A stretch of DNA of 32,000 bases from Bdellovibrionales bacterium CG12_big_fil_rev_8_21_14_0_65_38_15. GTDB lineage: Bacteria; Bdellovibrionota; Bacteriovoracia; Bacteriovoracales; Bacteriovoracaceae. Below, piece after piece: positions 18,729 through 24,213 of this stretch. The notes beneath the pieces are model-generated. The model was given only the letters and a program-made list of their open reading frames with translations. It was not told the DNA's origin and searched no databases. The translations under genes and the position numbers were made by a program. The DNA lies in the NCBI GenBank assembly GCA_002787775.1, contig PCUW01000067.1, forward strand, positions 28,948 to 60,947. Reading direction: 5' to 3'. Position 1 is the stretch's first letter. Every line of letters begins with the position of its first letter.

Positions 18729-18989
18729 TCACGCACCAAAAACACGTTTTTCAAGTCGATCTAGTCGCTTTTTAAGATCTTGATCATTGTTTTGATCGAA
18801 GTAATCGCGAACAATTTCACGAAGAAGCTGCTGGTAATTCATTCCTCGTTTAACCGCTTCCTGCTTGAGATTGTCTCGCATACTTTCTTCCAAAAAGATG
18901 GTTGTTCGAATTTTTGGTTCAAGCATTAGATCTTCGTCGACTTCAACTTTTCCGTAGCGGATAGCATTCTTTTTAGTCTTCACCTTCAA
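18729..18989 (-). CDS. Putative ribbon-helix-helix (BrnA/CopG-like) antitoxin-type protein, partner of DUF4160-1
   Basis: KIRTTIFLEESMRDNLKQEAVKRGMNYQQLLREIVRDYF resembles RHH antitoxins. Has a 17-nt overlap with the upstream DUF4160 gene. Confidence 0.45.
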   Translation of the reverse strand: MKVKTKKNAIRYGKVEVDEDLMLEPKIRTTIFLEESMRDNLKQEAVKRGMNYQQLLREIVRDYFDQNNDQDLKKRLDRLEKRVFGA

Positions 18990-19251
18990 ACTCCTTCCAA
19001 GCTTGCATCAACTCTTTACGATGCTCTAAGACTTTTACTGAAAGCTTTGTTAAGGCCTTACTTGAAAAGCCAACGCTTGAAATACATTGCCCTGTTATGA
19101 TTTCAAACTTTGCATGAGCTTCACCTGCAATGACATGAACATGGGCCGGTCTGTGATCTTTTGGATAGATACAAAAGCGCACTCTGCCATAAATGATAAT
19201 CGTCGGCACACATTCTCCATACATTATATACATTTTATGAATATCAATCAA
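18973..19251 (-). CDS. DUF4160-domain protein 1. The start is ambiguous and could be the Met at 19233 or 19224.
   Basis: VPTIIIYGRVRFCIYPKDHRPAHVHV matches the DUF4160 N-terminal signature. Confidence 0.6.
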   Translation of the reverse strand: MIDIHKMYIMYGECVPTIIIYGRVRFCIYPKDHRPAHVHVIAGEAHAKFEIITGQCISSVGFSSKALTKLSVKVLEHRKELMQAWKEFEGED

Positions 19252-19341
19252 GATAGTCTTCTTAATGCACTAGATGCATGGATATGCTTGGTTCAAGGCT
19301 GTGGAAGTAATTGAAAATAAAAGACCAGTTGCAAAGCCTAT

Positions 19342-19380
19342 GCAATCTTTAAGGTCGCAATTTGCGACCTTAAAGATTGC
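19342..19380. repeat. 39-nt perfect intergenic palindrome (19-bp arms, 1-nt centre)
   Basis: GCAATCTTTAAGGTCGCAA-T-TTGCGACCTTAAAGATTGC. The core GGTCGCAATTTGCGACC is identical to the coding-sense core of the ORF6N-1 internal palindrome. Confidence 0.9.
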
Positions 19381-19391
19381 AGCTCTTCATC

Positions 19392-19440
19392 ATTCCCCTG
19401 CATCCTGCCTTCCGGATACTGCTCCCTGAATTCTGTTAGC
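19392..19440 (-). repeat. Heptamer-periodic repeat array C (7 units), 2 nt downstream of the 19443 gene stop
   Basis: ATTCCCC TGCATCC TGCCTTC CGGATAC TGCTCCC TGAATTC TGTTAGC, then TCACGCAC (19443-19450), which supplies the stop codon. Confidence 0.7.
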
Positions 19441-19442
19441 CG

Positions 19443-19919
19443 TCACGCACATTTCAGCTGAATATCTGCGCCTAAGATGACGAGCAGCTCTAGCATTTTA
19501 TCCATTGTCTTCTTTGTGTTAGTGGGATCGAGTAGTCTTGCAAGCTGAGAGGGTGAAGTTCTAAGTCTTTTGCAGATTTCATTTTTAGAGAGTTGCGTCG
19601 ACTTCAATTTATTAAGGGCGACATTAGTCATCTCAAAGAGAAACATTTTCTTGAGGTAATCCGGATTTCGATTGTAATCAAGAAATGCATCGAAAGGAAT
19701 GGAATCAACCTCGCCATTTTTAAGCATATACGTCACAGCCTCACTAGCGAGCTCCTGATCGACGAAAATCTCAATAACAGGGTTTTGCCGAGTTGGTTTA
19801 GTCGTAAGCTTTGCAAATGGGATGTTATAGACCTCCCCCTTCACCTCAATGGTAATTTTCTTGGCATAATTATTCACATTAACGGACTTAATTGTGATGT
19901 TGTTTTTTGAGTTCATCAA
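19443..19919 (-). CDS. Two-domain protein with a DUF2442-like N-terminus and a C-terminal XRE-type HTH, partner of DUF4160-2
   Basis: N-terminus ITIKSVNVNNYAKKITIEVKGEVYNIPFAKL. C-terminus LSKNEICKRLRTSPSQLARLLDPTNTKKTMDKMLELLVILG. Overlaps the upstream DUF4160 gene by about 30 nt. Confidence 0.5.
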   Translation of the reverse strand: MMNSKNNITIKSVNVNNYAKKITIEVKGEVYNIPFAKLTTKPTRQNPVIEIFVDQELASEAVTYMLKNGEVDSIPFDAFLDYNRNPDYLKKMFLFEMTNVALNKLKSTQLSKNEICKRLRTSPSQLARLLDPTNTKKTMDKMLELLVILGADIQLKCA

Positions 19920-20136
19920 AGCATCCTTCTATTTCAAGTTGATCAATGATTCGAAGTAATTTCTTCGACATTTGACCTTCTATCGCAACCTTAAGATTGA
20001 TCGCCCACTTGCAAACCATTCGTCCGTCTCGATAAATGTGGATATGGACTGGAGCATGATCATATAAGTACCAAACAATGATGTATCCAGCTCTCTTCAC
20101 CCTACCCAAGATCGACCCCCTTATGTTACCACACAT
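19888..20136 (-). CDS. DUF4160-domain protein 2. The start is uncertain and could be an internal GTG.
   Basis: GYIIVWYLYDHAPVHIHIYRDGRMV matches the DUF4160 signature. Confidence 0.55.
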   Translation of the reverse strand: MCGNIRGSILGRVKRAGYIIVWYLYDHAPVHIHIYRDGRMVCKWAINLKVAIEGQMSKKLLRIIDQLEIEGCFDELKKQHHN

Positions 20137-20146
20137 GGTAACATAA
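20121..20146. promoter_or_regulatory. 26-nt inverted repeat enclosing the annotated start codon of DUF4160-2. Candidate operator or translation-control hairpin.
   Basis: TTATGTTACCA-CACA-TGGTAACATAA, perfect 11-bp arms. The ATG complement lies at 20134-20136. Confidence 0.45.
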
Positions 20147-20274
20147 ATCCAATTTGATATCTTGGTTGTGCTTATTGCAAGGTTGTGCCGTTAAGCTAGC
20201 GAGTTAATTGCTTGAAATAAGAAGGAATAAAAAGGTGTCGATGCTAAAAAATCATAACGCTATTTTGAAACTGT

Positions 20275-20323
20275 GTGCCCCTGGATCCTGAATACCGTAT
20301 ACGGCATACTGAATACTGAAAAA
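20275..20323 (-). repeat. Heptamer-periodic repeat array D (7 units), 14 nt downstream of the ORF6N-2 stop
   Basis: GTGCCCC TGGATCC TGAATAC CGTATAC GGCATAC TGAATAC TGAAAAA, then TCACGCAC at 20328-20335. Confidence 0.7.
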
Positions 20324-20337
20324 AGAATCACGCACCC

Positions 20338-20862
20338 CTAACCTTTTTTGATTCCTATCTTGCTGCGCTTGCCTGGTAAGACTGGTGTTATCTTTTCATC
20401 AAGATCGTCGAGTCGCTCAAAGACAATTTTAAAAAGATGATTTGAGCCAACTTCAAGCTTATCCATGCGCTGTTTAAGGTCATTCTCAAGTAAAAGAAAG
20501 CTTCGAAGTTTGGTAAAGATTCGCATGATGGCGATGTTTACTTGAACCGCTTGTTCAGAGTTAAGCACGCTTGAAAGCATGGCCACGCCGTTTTCAGTGA
20601 ACACCATCGGAGCATATCGCGTCCCTCCATGCTCTAAACTTGAGGTGCCAAATTGGTACCTCAAGTTTGTAACCTCTTGATTATTCAGCTCAAACATAAA
20701 GTCCTCTGGAAACCTGGAGAGATTGCGTCGCACAGCTCTTTTAAGAAGCTTATTTTCCACTCCATAGAGTCGAGCCAAATCCGAATCGAGCATCACCCTC
20801 TGACCACGAATCACGTAGATCATATTCTCAATTTGTGAAATTAACTTTAGTTGATCGCTCAT
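20338..20862 (-). CDS. ORF6N-domain (KilA-N-related) DNA-binding protein, paralog 2
   Basis: MSDQLKLISQIENMIYVIRGQRVMLDSDLARLYGV is colinear with paralog 1. Start set at the internal Met, which has a GGAGG RBS. The first ~40 nt are nearly identical to paralog 1. The ORF track extends to 20883. Confidence 0.75.
   Translation of the reverse strand: MSDQLKLISQIENMIYVIRGQRVMLDSDLARLYGVENKLLKRAVRRNLSRFPEDFMFELNNQEVTNLRYQFGTSSLEHGGTRYAPMVFTENGVAMLSSVLNSEQAVQVNIAIMRIFTKLRSFLLLENDLKQRMDKLEVGSNHLFKIVFERLDDLDEKITPVLPGKRSKIGIKKG
20636..20668. repeat. 33-nt near-perfect palindrome inside ORF6N-2 coding sequence
   Basis: AAACTTGAGGTGCCAA-A-TTGGTACCTCAAGTTT. 16-bp arms with 1 mismatch. Sits at the position homologous to the paralog-1 palindrome. 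Confidence 0.8.
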
Positions 20863-20932
20863 ACACACCTCCGCTTTTACCAAGCAAGCTCATGAGCAAT
20901 TCAATAGATTGTAAGCGTATGAAGTTAGTGGA

Positions 20933-20963
20933 CCAAAAACAAAGCACATTTAAAAATGTGTGC
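20933..20963 (-). terminator. Weak candidate intrinsic terminator after the four-helix-bundle gene and array E
   Basis: Minus strand reads GCACACATTTTTAAATGTGC (5-6 bp stem) followed by TTTGTTTTTGG. The stem is short. Confidence 0.3.
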
Positions 20964-21001
20964 CCCTGAATACTGAATCCTGCATCCCGTATACTGAAAA
21001 A
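20960..21001 (-). repeat. Heptamer-periodic repeat array E (6 units), 7 nt downstream of the four-helix-bundle gene stop
   Basis: GTGCCCC TGAATAC TGAATCC TGCATCC CGTATAC TGAAAAA. Shares the TGTGTGCCCCTG prefix and TACTGAAAAA suffix with array D. Confidence 0.7.
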
Positions 21002-21008
21002 GCCCCCG

Positions 21009-21335
21009 TCAGGAGGCCTTAACCAGCTTATAAGAATGAGCGCAAACACTGTCACAAAGACGAATAAGTTCTTCGTCTACAGTCTTGGCCAAGAATAAAC
21101 AAGCTTGCACTTCTTTAGCTGAAGCATAGGCGTAGTTATACATTCTGCGCTTATCAAGTCTCGTTCTTCTAGCATTACCTTCAACCAGGTTTAAGACCAC
21201 TGAAGAGCTAGCACGGCGAAGCTGGTCTTTTAAGTAATAAGGAAGCTTTAGTTTGATGATCTGGTTGTAGAGAAGATCAGCGAGATGCAAGGTGCGAAAG
21301 TTTGAGTCAGTTTGTTTAGATGATTTTTGAAACAT
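21009..21335 (-). CDS. Four-helix-bundle protein (23S rRNA intervening-sequence protein family)
   Basis: LRRASSSVVLNLVEGNARRT...YAYASAKEVQACL pattern is typical of this family, recognised from memory. Confidence 0.65.
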   Translation of the reverse strand: MFQKSSKQTDSNFRTLHLADLLYNQIIKLKLPYYLKDQLRRASSSVVLNLVEGNARRTRLDKRRMYNYAYASAKEVQACLFLAKTVDEELIRLCDSVCAHSYKLVKAS

Positions 21336-21341
21336 GGTGTT

Positions 21342-21408
21342 CTCCTTTTTGAAATTTTTCCTTCACCATAAGTGAGGGAAAATTTCAAAAAGGAGAGCTG
21401 TTTTTTTT
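21342..21408. other. Long hairpin (about 24-bp stem) that includes the SD of the four-helix-bundle gene and is followed by T8 on the plus strand
   Basis: CTCCTTTTTGAAATTTTTCCTTCAC-CATAA-GTGAGGGAAAATTTCAAAAAGGAG (21342-21395; one bulge and one G:T). TTTTTTTT lies at 21401-21408. Confidence 0.6.
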
Positions 21409-21442
21409 ATGTCTACCAAAGCCTGCACCTCAATGAAAGAGA

Positions 21443-21922
21443 TCACTGACCTAAGCGAGACTTCAATCGCGTTATAAACCTTTCGGCTCGGCCTGAGCCT
21501 GAAGCTTCATTTAGTATTATTGAACTATCATCGTACCTTGAAGATTTGGTAAGCATTTGATCTTTTTTGTACTCATCCACAAATTTATCAATATCTGCAC
21601 TAGTTTTCATTTTAGGAAAAATGTCTAAGTATTCTGGAGTAGAAACGAGTTCGGTTAAATAAGTTCCTATTCCTTTATCTGATTTATAAGCCGCACCTAA
21701 TTCAAACGGAACCCACATCGAACCTTCTGTATTTCTGGAGAATACAACTATAACATGACTGCACTTACTAAGATTGTTCATAATGTGCTTGGTGATATCA
21801 AACGCAGTCTTCGTTGATGGATCAAGGACATCTAGATAATAGTCTACACATTTAGATTGAAGTAGTGCTGCTAAATTCTTTGCTTTATATTCATCTGTTT
21901 TTCGGTGTGAAATAAAAATCAT
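21443..21922 (-). CDS. TIR-domain protein (stand-alone, TIR_2-like)
   Basis: MIFISHRKTDEYKAKNLAALL...VIVVFSRNTEGSMWVPFELGAAY, with a candidate catalytic Glu in FELG. A GAGGAAG SD overlaps the caspase stop. Confidence 0.7.
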   Translation of the reverse strand: MIFISHRKTDEYKAKNLAALLQSKCVDYYLDVLDPSTKTAFDITKHIMNNLSKCSHVIVVFSRNTEGSMWVPFELGAAYKSDKGIGTYLTELVSTPEYLDIFPKMKTSADIDKFVDEYKKDQMLTKSSRYDDSSIILNEASGSGRAERFITRLKSRLGQ

Positions 21923-21930
21923 AACTTCCT

Positions 21931-22890
21931 CTAAATTTTGTTAGCGTTTACTAAATGCCAGTAAAATTTTCCTAAAGCTGTTAGCTGACACGATTTACTT
22001 TCAATACAGGCCCAATAGAGATCAGGATCAGGTTCTCTATTCACTTTTATAAGACCAACTGTTTGTAATTTTTTGAGAATCTTAAACTTCTCTACATTCT
22101 CTACCTTTGCCTTTCTGTCAGTGTGCTCGTAGCTAGGATCTAGACTAAAAATGTGATCCGGATTGGTAAAAAGCATTTTAAGAGATAACAACTTTGAAAC
22201 ATCAACTTTTTGACCAGCTTGTCTAAGTGGAGTTGAACGAGATACGAAAGACTTAAATAGGGGTCTCTGTTCCCATGCCCCAAAGCTTTGTTCTACATGA
22301 GAGTAAATTCCCGATGGAGTTACAACACCCAACAAATCAGAAGCACTTCCTGAAAGAGCATCACAAACTAGAGAAGTGAAAATACCAGAACCGTTTACCT
22401 CAATCGCACTTTCGCTATCTCTACTAGCCGTTAAAATTGATACTCCTTCTCGAATTGAAACTGCATTGTTACCTAAAGTTGGAATTTGTCCAAAGGTTCC
22501 GCTTTGGCAACAATCTAAAACCACGACGATCTCTTTAACCTGCGAGGCTATAATATGGTTAAGAATATCCTGCATAGGCACGCCTTCATTATATTTCTCA
22601 GCATCTGATGCACAAAGGTACCCACCTAAATTTGTAGCTGTTCCGTGACCAGAAAAATATAAAAAGGCCATATCCGCAGGTTGAGCAAAAAGTTCTTCAA
22701 TTACTTTCTTCAATTCCTTACACGAAATATTTTGCCCATTTTCTGCCGTTAAAATCTTAGCATCAAAGTTCTTTGAACCGTCTGAATTCCTTGAGATCAA
22801 TGCTTCAATATGTTTTGCATCGTTTGCGCAACCATTTAAGTTACTTACATGGACATATTCATTTATACCGATAACCAGAGCCCGCTTCAT
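21931..22890 (-). CDS. Caspase-like (peptidase C14) protease with a ~110-aa C-terminal extension
   Basis: RALVIGINEY, catalytic His in LYFSGHG, catalytic Cys in VLDCCQSG. Start set at the internal Met, whose ATG overlaps the upstream TAA (TAATG). The ORF track extends to 22962. Confidence 0.85.
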   Translation of the reverse strand: MKRALVIGINEYVHVSNLNGCANDAKHIEALISRNSDGSKNFDAKILTAENGQNISCKELKKVIEELFAQPADMAFLYFSGHGTATNLGGYLCASDAEKYNEGVPMQDILNHIIASQVKEIVVVLDCCQSGTFGQIPTLGNNAVSIREGVSILTASRDSESAIEVNGSGIFTSLVCDALSGSASDLLGVVTPSGIYSHVEQSFGAWEQRPLFKSFVSRSTPLRQAGQKVDVSKLLSLKMLFTNPDHIFSLDPSYEHTDRKAKVENVEKFKILKKLQTVGLIKVNREPDPDLYWACIESKSCQLTALGKFYWHLVNANKI

Positions 22891-23309
22891 TAGTATGACC
22901 TCGACCGCATAGTTGGCCTCATTACAATATTTATCGCAGAAGTAATGCTCTCCCAATTCCAAGAAATCACCATGTTTCGAGGCAATCCCGTAGGTAAAGG
23001 TGTTCTTGTATTGGCTCCATCAACATATACTCCAAATACAGGTATATTATGTGCCGCTGCAAATCGTATCTCTTTAATTACACCTTTGGCGTAAGCTGTC
23101 TGCCTTCCAACTAGTACTATCATTAGGTTACACCGACTGATCTTTTCGGCAATTTTTCTTTCCCAAATAGATTGAGGAAGTGCCTCTTTTGAAGACCAAT
23201 CTGCAATATTAAAAGGTGTTCGACTGTTTTTTGCCTGACCAGAAAAAAGCAACTTATGGTTGGAATTATTATCAAAATCAAAACTAATAAAAGTTCTTGG
23301 AGTGCTCAT
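22890..23309 (-). CDS. ThsB-type TIR-like protein (DUF1863 / MTH538 TIR-like family)
   Basis: TFISFDFDNNSNHKLLFSGQAKNSRTPFNIADWS...CNLMIVLVGRQTAYAKGVIKEIRFA...PVFGVYV pattern. Confidence 0.7.
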   Translation of the reverse strand: MSTPRTFISFDFDNNSNHKLLFSGQAKNSRTPFNIADWSSKEALPQSIWERKIAEKISRCNLMIVLVGRQTAYAKGVIKEIRFAAAHNIPVFGVYVDGANTRTPLPTGLPRNMVISWNWESITSAINIVMRPTMRSRSY

Positions 23310-23318
23310 TTTGTATCC

Positions 23319-23516
23319 TTAGTTTTTATCTTTTGGTGGGCACGGATCGTTCCCATAACTGTTTTTTTCACTAATTTGTCCATTCGATTTATGAATGACG
23401 TGCTCAGTTTCAAAGCGCTTCGCTTTTGTACGATGAGTAGAAATTGTCACCCCACCTTGTTTGTTGACCCAACTATTACTATTCGGAACTGTATGAACTG
23501 GTTTTTTACCTGGCAT
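23319..23516 (-). CDS. DUF2188-family small protein (shortened)
   Basis: VHTVPNSNSWVNKQGG...VIHKSNGQISEKNSYGNDPCPPKDKN matches the DUF2188 C-terminal signature. AAGGAG RBS lies 8 nt upstream. Confidence 0.6.
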   Translation of the reverse strand: MPGKKPVHTVPNSNSWVNKQGGVTISTHRTKAKRFETEHVIHKSNGQISEKNSYGNDPCPPKDKN

Positions 23517-23539
23517 ATAGCATTCTCCTTTATATTATT

Positions 23540-23565
23540 CTGGTTAAATTAATCAGATTAACCAG
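23540..23565. promoter_or_regulatory. Nested inverted repeat just upstream of the DUF2188 RBS. Candidate operator of the TIR-caspase operon.
   Basis: CTGGTTAA-N10-TTAACCAG, containing the inner palindrome TTAATCAGATTAA (minus-strand reading TTAATCTGATTAA). Confidence 0.3.
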
Positions 23566-23570
23566 GGTTT

Positions 23571-23601
23571 AATAAAAAAACCGCATAAACACGGCTTATG
23601 C
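23571..23601 (-). terminator. Candidate intrinsic terminator ending the hsdMSR-GHKL-STAS transcription unit
   Basis: Minus strand reads GCATAA-GCCGTGT-TTATGC, then GG TTTTTTT ATT. The stem is short (6 bp) and AT-rich. Confidence 0.45.
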
Positions 23602-23648
23602 TTGAATGATATGTCAACATTCTCCTTAAGTCAAATTTTTTAAGCAGA

Positions 23649-24209
23649 TTATTTTACTGATGAAAACAGATATTCGAGTCCGCCGCTTTCGGCTGTTTCT
23701 TTAGAGCCAATTAAGAGACCTTGATTTAGAAGTTTTTTCAGCTTTCCACTTGCATTTGGGGCAGAGAGACCAAATTTCTCTGCAATCATAGAAGTCGTTA
23801 CATTTTCTCTACTCATAATATAACTGAAAATCTTCTGCGCATCTGAACTAAGCTCTGGACCAATGACTCTATAATCTTTACCACTTAGTACCAATAACGG
23901 TTGGTCCTTGAATCGTGCAGCATAATCCCAGTTATCTATCATATCGTCATTTGCAAAGTCTTTTAAATAAAAACTAATCTCCCCTCGCTTCTCTCTCGCT
24001 AATGAGATAACGCTTTCTCTTGGAAAAGAGGCATCAGTTCGTTTAATTCCTTTTAAAGAGATACCAATAACTTTAGCCTGTGGGTATTTCCCAATCTCTT
24101 TTTTTAGCTTTGCATGAACTGCCTGACCTTGATCATTTCCATAGGGCGAGTCATCTCTAACTAAATCATATAGAGAAATTATTATTTTTTTCTGGTTCAT
24201 TAGCTTCAT
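23649..24209 (-). CDS. STAS-like (DUF4325) domain protein with a C-terminal winged-helix
   Basis: AKVIGISLKGIKRTDASFPRESVISL resembles the DUF4325/anti-sigma-antagonist-like core. The C-terminus TTSMIAEKFGLSAPNASGKLKKLLNQGLLI resembles a wHTH. Start set at the Met 4 nt after the ATPase stop; 24200 is also possible. The ORF track extends to 24248. Confidence 0.5.
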   Translation of the reverse strand: MKLMNQKKIIISLYDLVRDDSPYGNDQGQAVHAKLKKEIGKYPQAKVIGISLKGIKRTDASFPRESVISLAREKRGEISFYLKDFANDDMIDNWDYAARFKDQPLLVLSGKDYRVIGPELSSDAQKIFSYIMSRENVTTSMIAEKFGLSAPNASGKLKKLLNQGLLIGSKETAESGGLEYLFSSVK

Positions 24210-24213
24210 TGAA

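Noticed and set aside
19342-19380. Intergenic 39-nt palindrome considered as a simple rho-independent terminator of the DUF4160-2/HTH pair
   Set aside because: There is no U-tract after the stem on the minus strand. The shared core and compensatory changes relative to the ORF6N internal palindromes suggest a specific element, so it is reported as a finding instead.
18021-21001. Heptamer arrays and cassette layout considered as a CRISPR array or integron attC sites
   Set aside because: The units are 7 nt, tandem and have no spacers, so this is not CRISPR. I see no R''/L''...L'/R' structure with GTTRRRY cores and no intI gene in the window, so calling it an integron is unsupported.
20828-21055. 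75-aa minus-strand ORF spanning array E
   Set aside because: It runs through the repeat array and terminator-like region and overlaps both the ORF6N-2 start region and the four-helix-bundle gene 3' end. It has no RBS or domain signal, so it is most likely a spurious ORF.
22376-22648. Plus-strand ORFs antisense to the caspase, TIR and DUF2188 genes (22376-22648, 23256-23552)
   Set aside because: These are shadow ORFs opposite well-supported genes, with no RBS or domain evidence.
22891-22962. N-terminal extension of the caspase ORF (MELGEHYFCDKYC...) in the ORF track
   Set aside because: It overlaps the last 24 codons of the upstream TIR-like gene. The internal Met at 22890 gives the canonical MKRALVIGINEY caspase N-terminus and a TAATG coupling junction.
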